A stretch of 52,281 bases of DNA from NCBI GenBank assembly GCA_903892635.1, contig CAITJH010000037.1:1-52281 (forward strand), read 5' to 3'. This document shows positions 1 through 9,405 of the stretch, in pieces. This DNA is from an uncultured Actinomycetes bacterium (lineage in GTDB: Bacteria; Actinomycetota; Actinomycetes; S36-B12; UBA5976). The notes under the pieces are model-generated. The model ran no database searches. It was not told the DNA's origin and saw only the letters and a list, made by a program, of their open reading frames with translations. The translations under genes were made by a program, and so were the position numbers. How positions within the stretch are numbered: position 1 is the first letter of the stretch; each line of letters begins with the position of its first letter.

Positions 1-649
1 AAGTTGCGACTGAACTGACGGCGATTTCCACACCACCATTAAGTACCTTGAATGCTGATGCCGGCGCTGTATAGCCACCGGTCGATAACAAAACAGGCGA
101 GGTCCCAGATGTGTAAGTTAAGACAACTGTTGTACCGGCCGGTGGAACGGAAATGGTTGACAATGCCGGAATTGCCGAACTGTTTGTGACGGTCTTATTC
201 GTAAATGAAATTGCGTCCACACCATTTAAATCTTGAATTGCATTATTGGTCGTGGCGGGGTCAGAAGTTGGAGCAACGTACGAGACTGTTACGGTCTTGC
301 CTTTTTCAATGGGCTTATCCAACGTCAGCACGACTGTGAGACCAGAAATTGAAACGCTACTGACTGCGGTCGGTGAGCCAGCGCCCGCGATTGTGAAGGC
401 GGTTGGAAGGGCGGTTGTTGTACCTAGGGTTGCAGTTGTTGCCGTGTATGTAACTGAAATTTTTGTACCAGCAGCATCAAGTGTTGCAGCTGATGCATTA
501 ATGGTTGCAGAAGCCCTCGCAAATTTTAAGTTCGATGTTTGATCGACGAAAACGAATGTTGCACTGAGTAAAGATATGGACAGAATCATGCTCAGCGCGC
601 GACTACGAGACGGACGTTGCCGTTTTCGCACCACAGCGCGACTGACCAT
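1..649 (-). CDS. Secreted surface repeat protein with SwmB-type (TIGR02059-like) Ig-like repeats, 5' part only (runs off window start)
   Basis: Not in the ORF track because it has no stop in the window. Hand translation from ATG at 649: MVSRAVVRKRQRPSRSRALSMILSISLLSATFVFV (basic plus hydrophobic signal), then a Thr/Ser/Val-rich unit '...AFTIAG...VSSVSISGLTVVLTLDKPIEKGKTVTVSYVAPTSDPATTNNAIQDLNGVDAISFTNKTVTNSS', and a second unit starting '...AFKVLNGGVEIAVSSV'. Resembles the SwmB repeat consensus (TVxLTL...VTVSY..P...IQDxxGN). Confidence 0.8.
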   Translation of the reverse strand, partial: MVSRAVVRKRQRPSRSRALSMILSISLLSATFVFVDQTSNLKFARASATINASAATLDAAGTKISVTYTATTATLGTTTALPTAFTIAGAGSPTAVSSVSISGLTVVLTLDKPIEKGKTVTVSYVAPTSDPATTNNAIQDLNGVDAISFTNKTVTNSSAIPALSTISVPPAGTTVVLTYTSGTSPVLLSTGGYTAPASAFKVLNGGVEIAVSSVAT

Positions 650-734
650 TGAAATCCGCTCTCCCCCGTGGCAATAAAATTGCCCAGCGTTTGTATTCTC
701 TTTAAATGTAAGGGCGAACTAATGATGGAGTTCT

Positions 735-756
735 AAGTTCACGGGGGTATCCCCGC
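735..756 (-). promoter_or_regulatory. Candidate response-regulator operator, copy 1 (GCGGGGATACCCCCGTGAACTT on the gene's sense strand)
   Basis: Near-identical to 3331-3351. Has a GGGG..CCCC palindromic core and lies 34 nt upstream of a putative -10 GAGAAT (700-695). Confidence 0.55.
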
Positions 757-824
757 GCAAGTTGAGTGGGAATAAAGTCTGGCGAACATCCCTTGCACTC
801 GAGAGAACAAAACGAGCAACAGTC

Positions 825-2588
825 CTAGGAAACGGCTACAGTAGCGACCAGTTTTGTACCACCTGTATCGCGATTTTCAAGTTTCCATTCGAGACAAAGT
901 TCATTCATGATGTCGCTTCCTAACCCGGTCCCGGTACGTGACGTAAGACCACGACCATCATCAAGAACGCATACTTCAATACCTTGAGAAACCTTCGTTA
1001 GTACAACTGCAACATTCTTGGCATTTCCGTGCTTCGCTGCATTCGACAGACCTTCACGAATAACTTCGGTGACACACTCAACAAGGTGCTCAGAATCGTC
1101 CATCAATGTAGTGGCTGAGAAATCAACATTCCAAGTGATGGTCATCGTGTTTTCCCATACATCATTCAACTGCTCGATCACCTCCGCGAATCGAATGCCA
1201 CTAATGGGCTGTTCCGAGAGACTCCGCATGGCAAGTTCAATGTCGTTTCGCATTTTGTCGATATCGTTTGCAGTTAATTCATTCGATTGCGAAAGTTTGA
1301 TGTTCGCGACAATAAGGGCACTTTGCAGATTTCCATGAAGTGCATACGCCAATCGTCGACGTCGGCTCCAAGCATGCTGACGCAAAATTGATAGCGTCTT
1401 TTCGAGATCTTCCGTTGTGATCTGTAGCTGATTGATAGTCTCAATCCGATTGGCCGTAAGTACCGTGTAGCCAAAATTTCCGAGGCCCAAAAGAAGACCG
1501 ACAATCGCCTCAGCAAAGAGCACCGAGTTCAGCCCCGAAATATCTATTAGGCCATTCAAATTAAGAATTCGAGAACTCACAATAACTACAGGTCCAATAG
1601 ATGCGTAAAAGACGCACACAAATACACCTGCAGTGACGGTGCTAAGCGTTCTTTGCCCTAGTAAGGCAATCGCAAGATAGATCACTGTTGGGACTGCGAA
1701 TGCGAGGAAAACTAGGAAAGCTATCAAATCTATGCCACTGAGGAAACGTGTTGCTGGCGCAATTTCCAGAGCGATCAAGATGCCAATCGATGTAATTGGA
1801 TGTATCGCTGCTCGTACAGTGATTCGACGCGGTGTCTGAACGCGAAGTATCTTCGGGCGTTCAATAACTACGCTTTCGCTTTCAACTTCTGGTGATTGAG
1901 CAAGGTCCTTACTCATGGGCCTTAGTGAGTTATCGATAAAAGATCGCAGGCCAGCAATGGCTTCAATAACATTGCCACCAAATTTTATTTGCGTGAGAGT
2001 GGCATTCAGTTCAGAAATTTGGAACGTAATATTTTTCTTTACGAAAGATTGCAAATCTGCTGTGATTTCATCGAGCCGAGTCTGCATGTTTTGCTTTAGA
2101 TCAAACAGCAGTACTGACTTCTGTGAAAGTGAATCAATGAGTTGTTGGTGCTGATCAAAGATCGCAATGACAAGGCCAATGAGAAGTGCCATCGGAACAA
2201 GAACTACTGAACCGAAAACAATTCTGTAAAGGTACTTTGGATCAGAAGTGAGACCGGCATTTACCGTGGCACTTCCGATAAATATCCCTCGAAGAGACTG
2301 GCCCAAGATGAGGGCAAACAAAACAGCAAATGGGCGCGAAGATGAAGTTTTTTGGGAAAAGAACACAAGGCGACAAGTTACAAGTGTTAACGCATAAAGG
2401 ACATGGGCTTGAAAAATAATAGAAAACCAGAAAGTGTTTGTTCCACCTAGAAGAATTCGATCCACAAATAGCGGATTCATTGCAGCTGGTATGAGATAGA
2501 TAAGAATAGCTCGAAAGTCAAGCGTTGATTTTCTACCAATGAGCTCCCACATCGAGTTGTCATCTCTGATGCGACTACCAATTGCCAT
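825..2588 (-). CDS. Multi-pass membrane sensor histidine kinase (HisKA_3/NarX-like, HATPase_c)
   Basis: Two blocks of TM helices; H-box RRRLAYALHGNLQ; N-box EGLSNAAKHG; G1 DDGRG; G2 GTGLGS. Confidence 0.9.
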   Translation of the reverse strand: MAIGSRIRDDNSMWELIGRKSTLDFRAILIYLIPAAMNPLFVDRILLGGTNTFWFSIIFQAHVLYALTLVTCRLVFFSQKTSSSRPFAVLFALILGQSLRGIFIGSATVNAGLTSDPKYLYRIVFGSVVLVPMALLIGLVIAIFDQHQQLIDSLSQKSVLLFDLKQNMQTRLDEITADLQSFVKKNITFQISELNATLTQIKFGGNVIEAIAGLRSFIDNSLRPMSKDLAQSPEVESESVVIERPKILRVQTPRRITVRAAIHPITSIGILIALEIAPATRFLSGIDLIAFLVFLAFAVPTVIYLAIALLGQRTLSTVTAGVFVCVFYASIGPVVIVSSRILNLNGLIDISGLNSVLFAEAIVGLLLGLGNFGYTVLTANRIETINQLQITTEDLEKTLSILRQHAWSRRRRLAYALHGNLQSALIVANIKLSQSNELTANDIDKMRNDIELAMRSLSEQPISGIRFAEVIEQLNDVWENTMTITWNVDFSATTLMDDSEHLVECVTEVIREGLSNAAKHGNAKNVAVVLTKVSQGIEVCVLDDGRGLTSRTGTGLGSDIMNELCLEWKLENRDTGGTKLVATVAVS

Positions 2589-2595
2589 AACGAGC

Positions 2596-3264
2596 CTATT
2601 CAGGAGACGTGCTTGTTGGCGTGCTATCGGTTACTGCAGATAACGACAAGAATTTTGCAACTGCAGCAGTACGTGTGTTGTTCTCGGTGTCAGCATTTAC
2701 ACCAATAGCAATATAGGCCCTACGAATTGCATCTTCGACAGCCTTGATTGTTGTTCCACGACTTGCTGCAATTTGAGCATTTGATTGGCCCATAGACATC
2801 AATTTCAGAATTTGAATTTGTTTACGAGTGAGGTGCGCTAGTGGGCGATGCTTATCTAGATCATCGCGAAATTCGCTACCAACATTTCCACGCATTGCAA
2901 TGTCAAGTGCTTCATAGAGTCGCGTCAGATCTGAAAGAGCTGACTTACGCAAATACGCAACGCCAGCGGGAACTTCTTGGGTATCCAATGAGGCAAACCG
3001 CGCATCGGGAAATTGCGTGAGAAAAACAATGCCCGTTTCAGGCGCTTCGTTCAAAATGCTTTGCGCGAGATCAAATCCATTTGGACCCGCGCCAAGATCG
3101 ATATCGAGGACTATGCCATCAGGGTCGCTGTTGCGAAAAGTGCGCTTGGCATCAGCAGCATTACTCGCAGTTTGAACTCGAAAACCTTGGCCTTCTAAAG
3201 CATTTGCGAGTAACTCACGAAGCAATGCATCGTCTTCCACGACGAGCACATATCTCGAGTTCAT
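2596..3264 (-). CDS. NarL/LuxR-family response regulator
   Basis: Receiver VLVVEDD...VLDIDL...FLT...YLRK; C-terminal HTH LTRKQIQILKLMSMGQSNAQIA. Ends 7 bp before the kinase start. Confidence 0.92.
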   Translation of the reverse strand: MNSRYVLVVEDDALLRELLANALEGQGFRVQTASNAADAKRTFRNSDPDGIVLDIDLGAGPNGFDLAQSILNEAPETGIVFLTQFPDARFASLDTQEVPAGVAYLRKSALSDLTRLYEALDIAMRGNVGSEFRDDLDKHRPLAHLTRKQIQILKLMSMGQSNAQIAASRGTTIKAVEDAIRRAYIAIGVNADTENNTRTAAVAKFLSLSAVTDSTPTSTSPE

Positions 3265-3330
3265 TCGAAAGCACCTTTACTTTTTCTTTACCCAAGCCTC
3301 TCGCGATCTGTCCCCAGTGTCAGCCAAATA

Positions 3331-3351
3331 GCGGGTTACCCCTGTGAACTT
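3331..3351 (+). promoter_or_regulatory. Candidate response-regulator operator, copy 2 (GCGGGTTACCCCTGTGAACTT)
   Basis: Matches 735-756; lies 35 nt upstream of a perfect TATAAT (3387-3392) before the acetyl-CoA hydrolase gene. Confidence 0.55.
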
Positions 3352-3423
3352 TCAAATGCCCGTGAGTCGATCAATTTCGCTCTCCATATAATGAGGACAT
3401 CTCCAAATTGAGCGTGGGTAGTC

Positions 3424-4650
3424 ATGAAAAATCTCGATATCAGCAAGATCCACGCAATTACTTCACAATTGCCCGAAAATCCCAGACTGATCGTTTCAGG
3501 CAACTTTGCCACGCCCATGACCCTACTCAAAGCGCTGGATGAATCGATTCCGACTTATCGCATCAACATGTTGAATGCACAAGCCGGAATTCCAACACGC
3601 GAGGGGGTCACTCATGAAACCGCTTTCGTCGGTCCGGGAATGCGAAACAGTGAGTCACTGTCGTACTACCCTGCTCGCTTAAGTTTGCTTCCCCGATTGA
3701 TTCGTACTCACACACCGCCAGATCTTGTAGTGATTCATACGTCACTTCCACGAGCCGGATCAGTGAGCTTGGGAAGTGAAGTAAACATCCTGCCCGCCGC
3801 CATCGAATCTGCGAAGAAACACGGAGCGCTTGTCATCGCTCAAGCAAACCGCAATATGCCATACACGTTTGGCGACTCTGAAATTTCAGTTGATGATATC
3901 GACTACATCATTGAAGTCGAAGAGACTCTTCGCACTAAACCGCAGAATCAATCCACAGATGTTTATTCACAAATTGGATCCCGAATAGCTGAAAAGATCA
4001 AAGATGGTTCAACCCTGCAACTAGGTATCGGTGCAGTTCCAGATGCTGTACTCACACAACTGCTCGATCGACAAAACTTGAGGATCTGGACCGAAATGTT
4101 TAGTGATGGTGTGCTTGCACTACGCGATGCAGGCGCCCTTGATGATCAATCTCATCTTGTTGCCTCTTTTGTCTTCGGATCTGAAGAACTTTACGAGTGG
4201 ATTAACTTGAACCCTCAAGTACGTATGCGGCGAACTGAAATCACTAATAGTTCTGGCAAAATTGCGCAGCAGCCACAAATGGTGAGTATCAATGCGGCTC
4301 TTCAAGTAGACCTTTTCGATCAAGCAAACTCCAGCAGAGTAAACAATCGAATCTATTCTGGTTTTGGCGGAGCAACTGATTTCATCATTGGAGCTTTGAA
4401 CTCACAAGGTGGGTTAGCATTCATGGCACTGCCCTCTTGGCATGAGAAGACAAACACTTCAACAATTGTTCCCAAACTTGTTGAGCCAGTAACCAGTTTT
4501 CAACACAGTTATGTTGTAACCGAACATGGGGCTGCACATTGTGCTGGTGCACCACAGCACATTCAGGCACGCAACATCATCAACTTTGCGGCTCATCCAA
4601 ATGCTCGCGATGAATTATTGAATGCTGCACACGATCTCTACTTGTTCTAG
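3424..4650 (+). CDS. Acetyl-CoA hydrolase/transferase family protein (4-hydroxybutyrate CoA-transferase-like)
   Basis: TLQLGIGAVPDAV, TEMFSDG, SINAALQVDL, SGFGGATDF, YVVTEHG, AHPNARDEL. Confidence 0.9.
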   Translation: MKNLDISKIHAITSQLPENPRLIVSGNFATPMTLLKALDESIPTYRINMLNAQAGIPTREGVTHETAFVGPGMRNSESLSYYPARLSLLPRLIRTHTPPDLVVIHTSLPRAGSVSLGSEVNILPAAIESAKKHGALVIAQANRNMPYTFGDSEISVDDIDYIIEVEETLRTKPQNQSTDVYSQIGSRIAEKIKDGSTLQLGIGAVPDAVLTQLLDRQNLRIWTEMFSDGVLALRDAGALDDQSHLVASFVFGSEELYEWINLNPQVRMRRTEITNSSGKIAQQPQMVSINAALQVDLFDQANSSRVNNRIYSGFGGATDFIIGALNSQGGLAFMALPSWHEKTNTSTIVPKLVEPVTSFQHSYVVTEHGAAHCAGAPQHIQARNIINFAAHPNARDELLNAAHDLYLF

Positions 4651-4717
4651 CGATTGACCTTATTTCGAAGGCTTGCTGCAACAAGAAATCTTGAAATAAA
4701 AGCGGTACGCTGGTGTT

Positions 4718-5260
4718 ATGAGCAAATTTTTCTCGGGAATCTCGTTAGCTGTCGCATTAGTCTTGGGACTCAGTCCCGCTGCCCTAGCTCATACTCAGCT
4801 CGAGAAATCTAATCCAACCGATGGAGCTTCGGTCAATGCACCATTGTCGCGCATTGAACTTACGTTCAGCGAGCCACCACTCATTGACGGAAGCAAAATT
4901 TCCTTGTCAGATTCATCTGGCGCAATAATCCCAACTGGTGATACCGGTCTTGAAGGATCAACGCTTTATGTTCCATGGCCAGATTCAATTACACCTGGAC
5001 TAATAACGATCAACTGGCGAGCTGTTGCTGATGATGGTCACGTTGAAGATGGAACTTTGTCGTTCACCTACTCCGCCGGTGCGACTGACTCTGTTTCGGC
5101 AGTTGCAACTCCACTTGCTATTGCGACGCCAATCGCGATTGCCGAGCCACTTGCCGCAAAGCCAGCAACGTCATCGTCAAAAATAATTCCGATTTCACTG
5201 GGCGTTCTCGTACTCATTGGTGGAGCTTGGGCGGTGACTCGAAAGAAGTCAGGTAACTAA
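4718..5260 (+). CDS. copC: Copper resistance protein CopC with C-terminal membrane anchor
   Basis: Signal peptide ending ALA|H, SNP.DGA, ELTFSEP, WRAVADDGH, C-terminal TM. Leaderless-type TACGCT 6 nt upstream. Confidence 0.88.
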   Translation: MSKFFSGISLAVALVLGLSPAALAHTQLEKSNPTDGASVNAPLSRIELTFSEPPLIDGSKISLSDSSGAIIPTGDTGLEGSTLYVPWPDSITPGLITINWRAVADDGHVEDGTLSFTYSAGATDSVSAVATPLAIATPIAIAEPLAAKPATSSSKIIPISLGVLVLIGGAWAVTRKKSGN

Positions 5261-7194
5261 TGCCAAAACTAATTCACCGATTACTCGTCGCAATTATTGC
5301 CAGCATCGCGCTTGTCGTTGGATTAGTAGTTGGAGGCGGACAATGGCATGCCCCAACAGGCGACCTGCCGGATGCAGGTAGAGCCGTCGCTTGGTCACAA
5401 CAACTTTTTCTACTTGTCAGCACATTGCTTGGCATTCGCATCTTAGGTTTGCTCGTCACAATCGGATTTCTTGAACCTGTTGCGCAAGACACTGTGACTC
5501 ATGAGGGCCGTAACACGATTATGCGAGTTGGTCGATTGAGCACTCTTTGGGCAATCGTCAATTTATTACTCGCTGGACTTACGCTCGCGACTGTCCTGGG
5601 TTTGCCTGCGCGACAGGCGTTTACGCCATCGGTATTACGTACTTACCTTTGGTCTCTGCCACCATCACGCAGCTACTTATATACAGCGATATTCGCGATA
5701 GGCATTTCTCTCATTGCACTTGTTTCTGTCAGCCTGAATTCGGTTGCCGTTCTTGTGGCACTCGCTCTTGCAGGAATCATTTCGCCACTGTTGAACAGTC
5801 ACTCTGCATCAGTTGGTGATCACTCACTCGGAATTGCCTCATCAGTGATTCACGGAATCTCAATGGCGTTATGGACTGGCACCTTTTGGGCAATTTTGAA
5901 ATACGTCCGAACTGGTAATGCCGAAATTGTTCGCCGTTATTCAGTGCTTGCGACGTGGGCTGTTGGTGCATTGGTCGCATCTGGTGTTGCTGCTTCTTAC
6001 ACCCGAATGGATGCTATTTCGGATCTTTGGACTTCTGGTTTTGGTCGACTCGTTGTGATCAAAGTAGTTCTGTTTAGCTGTGCTGGATTTTTTGGTCTTA
6101 AAGCTCGCAATGCAATTGCGCAATCACAGAGTGCTGCAAAATTTGGCGCATTTGAAATTAGCTTTCTCAGTCTTGCAATCGGAGTTGGTGTTGCACTCCA
6201 TTCAACACCGCTAAGTCGCGCAGCTGTTGCACTGCCAAGTGCAGCAGAAGAGATTCTTGGCTTTGCTTTTCCACCATCACCTAGTTTTTCTTCCATCGCT
6301 TTGGGCTGGCACCCCGAGTGGATTATTTTGACCGGATCACTCATTGCAGCTGCACTCTATGCAATTGGAGTTACTCGGCTACACAAACAAGCCATTGAAT
6401 GGTCCACGGGTCGAACAGTCTCGTACTTCATTGGCATCAGCATTGTGATTTGGTCAACGTGTGCCGGCGTCGCCAAATATGCAATGGTTTCTTTCGAATG
6501 GCACATGGTTGCGCACATGTGTCTGTCAATGATTGCACCAATTTTTATTGTGCTCGGAATGCCGTTCACGCTCGCTTTGCGTGCACTGCCAGCGAATCAT
6601 GTCGATTCTCATCGCAGTTCACGCGAATGGGTACTTGCTGTACTTCACAGTACGTACGGACGATTTATTACTCAGCCGCTATTCGTTTTATTAGTTTTCA
6701 CATTCGGCTTGTACGGAATGTACTTCACTCCACTTTTTAGCACGTTGATGGCTAGCCATGTCGGTCATCTATTCATGGAGATCCACTTCCTGCTTACAGG
6801 ATTTCTATTTTCATTCATCGTTATTGGTGTTGATCCGTCACCGCGACAAGTTCCTCACCTCGTTCGACTTGTCCTTGTATTGATTGCGATTTCGATCCAC
6901 TCATTCTTTGCAGTTGCGCTCATGCAAATGACAACTCCGATTGGAAATGCTTGGTATTCACAAGTTCGTCCACCATGGATTTCAAACCCATTGTCAGACA
7001 CATACGCCGGTGGCGGTGTTGCTTGGGCAATCGGTGAAGTTCCGTCCTTGCTGCTCATGATGATTGTGGCAGTCCAATGGGCACGTAGTGAAGATCGTGC
7101 TGCCAATCGTTCGGACCGACAAGCCGATCGCGATGGCGATCAAGAGCTCAAGGCCTATAACGAGCGTCTCTCTAAGCTGACGCAACGAGATTAG
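5260..7194 (+). CDS. CopD / cytochrome c oxidase assembly (Caa3_CtaG) fusion membrane protein
   Basis: CopD-like SHS...H..H....WTG; CtaG-like HMVAHM.L.MIAP, H.FL.TG.LF, HSFF, GG.VAWAIGE.P, L.AYNERL. TAATG coupling with copC. Confidence 0.88.
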   Translation: MPKLIHRLLVAIIASIALVVGLVVGGGQWHAPTGDLPDAGRAVAWSQQLFLLVSTLLGIRILGLLVTIGFLEPVAQDTVTHEGRNTIMRVGRLSTLWAIVNLLLAGLTLATVLGLPARQAFTPSVLRTYLWSLPPSRSYLYTAIFAIGISLIALVSVSLNSVAVLVALALAGIISPLLNSHSASVGDHSLGIASSVIHGISMALWTGTFWAILKYVRTGNAEIVRRYSVLATWAVGALVASGVAASYTRMDAISDLWTSGFGRLVVIKVVLFSCAGFFGLKARNAIAQSQSAAKFGAFEISFLSLAIGVGVALHSTPLSRAAVALPSAAEEILGFAFPPSPSFSSIALGWHPEWIILTGSLIAAALYAIGVTRLHKQAIEWSTGRTVSYFIGISIVIWSTCAGVAKYAMVSFEWHMVAHMCLSMIAPIFIVLGMPFTLALRALPANHVDSHRSSREWVLAVLHSTYGRFITQPLFVLLVFTFGLYGMYFTPLFSTLMASHVGHLFMEIHFLLTGFLFSFIVIGVDPSPRQVPHLVRLVLVLIAISIHSFFAVALMQMTTPIGNAWYSQVRPPWISNPLSDTYAGGGVAWAIGEVPSLLLMMIVAVQWARSEDRAANRSDRQADRDGDQELKAYNERLSKLTQRD

Positions 7195-7200
7195 GTGTAG

Positions 7201-7983
7201 CTAAAGAACTCGATCACGCAAGATTGGAAAATCTTTACGCCATTGGTCGGCAAGATTTACATCAACATCCGCATACAAGATCTCTTCATCGTTGCCAGCC
7301 TCAGCGATAATTTCTCCCTTGGGATCAACGATCATTGAGTGCCCACCAAGAATGTAGTCACCATTGCGACCGACTTCATTGCACGCAATAAACCACGCTT
7401 GATTTTCGATTGCACGAGCCTGAATTAACACACGCCAATGATTAATGCGAGGAGTAGGCCAACCGGAACACAACACAAAACTTTGAGCACCATTCGCACA
7501 TTGCGCACGGAAAAGCTCCGGGAACCGTAAGTCGTAACAGGTTGCAATTCCAGCTTTACCAACTGGAGTATCACTTTCAACAATGATGTCGTTGCCACGA
7601 ACCAACATGATTGCTTCACCAGTATCGAAACCAAAAAGGTGAATCTTGCGATAGAACGTCGCGACTGTACCGTCCGGACGAATCAAAAGCGATGTGTTGG
7701 ACAATTTGTCGTTGTCTTGCAACTCAACGAACGATCCGCCATGTAACCAAACATTTGTTTCACGAGCTGTGGCGCACAGCGCCTGCACTAATTCACCGTC
7801 ACGCGACTGGGCGTAAGGCCGAAGCGCTTCGTTGTTAAAGGCCCCAACATTCCACAATTCAGGCAGAACAACTAAATCCGCTTTTCCTTGCTGGGCTCGC
7901 ACCATTGAGAGGACGCGCGAGACGCGATCATTGACAGGCTCGCTGTCTGATACGTCAACTTGAATGAGAGCAACACGGGTCAT
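7201..7983 (-). CDS. Carbon-nitrogen hydrolase (nitrilase/Nit family amidohydrolase)
   Basis: Catalytic triad motifs VLPE, YRKIHLF, CYDLRFPE; ARAIEN. Confidence 0.92.
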   Translation of the reverse strand: MTRVALIQVDVSDSEPVNDRVSRVLSMVRAQQGKADLVVLPELWNVGAFNNEALRPYAQSRDGELVQALCATARETNVWLHGGSFVELQDNDKLSNTSLLIRPDGTVATFYRKIHLFGFDTGEAIMLVRGNDIIVESDTPVGKAGIATCYDLRFPELFRAQCANGAQSFVLCSGWPTPRINHWRVLIQARAIENQAWFIACNEVGRNGDYILGGHSMIVDPKGEIIAEAGNDEEILYADVDVNLADQWRKDFPILRDRVL

Positions 7984-8089
7984 GAGATTAAGCGTATTGG
8001 AGAACTAAATATCAAGGACGAGTTTTGCAGATTTACTCTTTGAAACACATGGATACATCAAATGCATTGCACCGCAAAAACTTGATATC

Positions 8090-8425
8090 ATGGCTATACT
8101 CGGTGCTGTCGAACAAGTCATTGATAACTATATTGACAACGCTCTTTCACAGGTTGAACCAAATACAGAAATTACGGTTCTGATCTCATCAACTCATACG
8201 CACGGGTCGGTTCATGTTCTTGATGAAGGTCCAGGAATGTCGGAGCTTGAAATTTCCAAAGCCTTCAATAGATTTTGGCGAGCCACCAGCGATTCGCATG
8301 GTAGCGGACTCGGCCTCGCAATCGTTGAACGCCTTGTCACACTTGGTGGCGGTCACGTTCAATTATCGAATCGACAGCCGCATGGGCTTGATGCACAGGC
8401 CGATTTTCTGCTCAAAAACGCCTAA
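8090..8425 (+). pseudogene. Stand-alone HATPase_c domain (probable remnant of a sensor kinase)
   Basis: N-box EQVIDNYIDNAL, DEGPG, FNRFWR, GSGLGL are present. No H-box or sensor; an in-frame stop lies at 8006-8008 upstream. Confidence 0.6.
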
Positions 8426-8443
8426 TTGTTTTTGATTTTTACC

Positions 8444-8905
8444 TTAAGACTCTGCAGGTGGTTGCGGCAACTGACACATTCGTTCCAGCCATAAGGCAAC
8501 GACGGAAGTGACTAGGCTCGCCACAACAGTGGCGCCACATATGACAACTCGATCAGCGGCCGCAGGCGATGCATAATTCACGATGTTCACAAACAGAACA
8601 CCCAAGTAAAAGCCGGAAGTTAAAGAGCCGACTCGTGAAGCAGCCATCGCAAGCGCAGCAGTGCGTGCAGCAACTAATGGATGCAATCTATGCGCAATAT
8701 TTTCAGGTTTCATTCGCTGTCGAACCATCAGAGTCCACACAACTAATGTGAGTGCGAGCAACACCATCGTTAATGGAACAAGCCACGATATGTTGAGTTC
8801 CATTCCATACCAGTTCACCCATAAGCGAGCTAGTGACCAACCAAATACCGTGGTCAATACGCCAAGTGCAACTAACAATGACCACTTAGTCGGCGCAAGA
8901 TTCAT
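8444..8905 (-). CDS. DUF3180 family membrane protein
   Basis: Four TMs, PLVAAR..ALA.AS, WLE..C..P; canonical position after folK. Confidence 0.85.
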   Translation of the reverse strand: MNLAPTKWSLLVALGVLTTVFGWSLARLWVNWYGMELNISWLVPLTMVLLALTLVVWTLMVRQRMKPENIAHRLHPLVAARTAALAMAASRVGSLTSGFYLGVLFVNIVNYASPAAADRVVICGATVVASLVTSVVALWLERMCQLPQPPAES

Positions 8906-9405
8906 TCTTTACCTCCGGACATTTGGGTTTGGCTTAACCACACTCCGTCGGTTTCAAGTTGAGAAAGACACTCGCTCACTGTTCCGTGCCCAGGTATCTG
9001 GCAATCGGGATCAATTGTTGACCAAGGCACAAGAACAAATGCTCGTTCGTAGGCGCGTGGATGTGGAAGCGTCAAAGTCTCATCGTCAATAACCTGATCA
9101 CCAACTACGATCAAATCAATATCAAGTGTCCGTGCGCCCCAACGCACCTCTCTTGTTCGATTATGCGCATTCTCAATGTCGTGTGCATAGCGAAGCAGTT
9201 CATGTGGATCAAGATGTGATTCAGCAGTGACAACTGCGTTGAGATAATTATCTTGCTCAGGTCCACCCACAGGTTCGGTTTCATAAAGTGCTGAGACATT
9301 TTCAATTTCAATTCCAGCACTTGCGCGCAAGGCTTGGATCGCTTCTTCAATGTGTGCTCGACGATCTCCGAGATTTGAGCCGAGTGCAAAGACTACGTGG
9401 GTCAT
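8902..9405 (-). CDS. folK: 2-amino-4-hydroxy-6-hydroxymethyldihydropteridine diphosphokinase
   Basis: ALGSNLGD, YET.PVG, RWGARTLDIDL, LPHPR..ERAFVL.P. Confidence 0.97.
   Translation of the reverse strand: MTHVVFALGSNLGDRRAHIEEAIQALRASAGIEIENVSALYETEPVGGPEQDNYLNAVVTAESHLDPHELLRYAHDIENAHNRTREVRWGARTLDIDLIVVGDQVIDDETLTLPHPRAYERAFVLVPWSTIDPDCQIPGHGTVSECLSQLETDGVWLSQTQMSGGKE

Noticed and set aside
246-542. 98-aa + strand ORF
   Set aside because: It is the antisense shadow of the minus-strand SwmB-repeat gene, which has a signal peptide and recognisable repeats.
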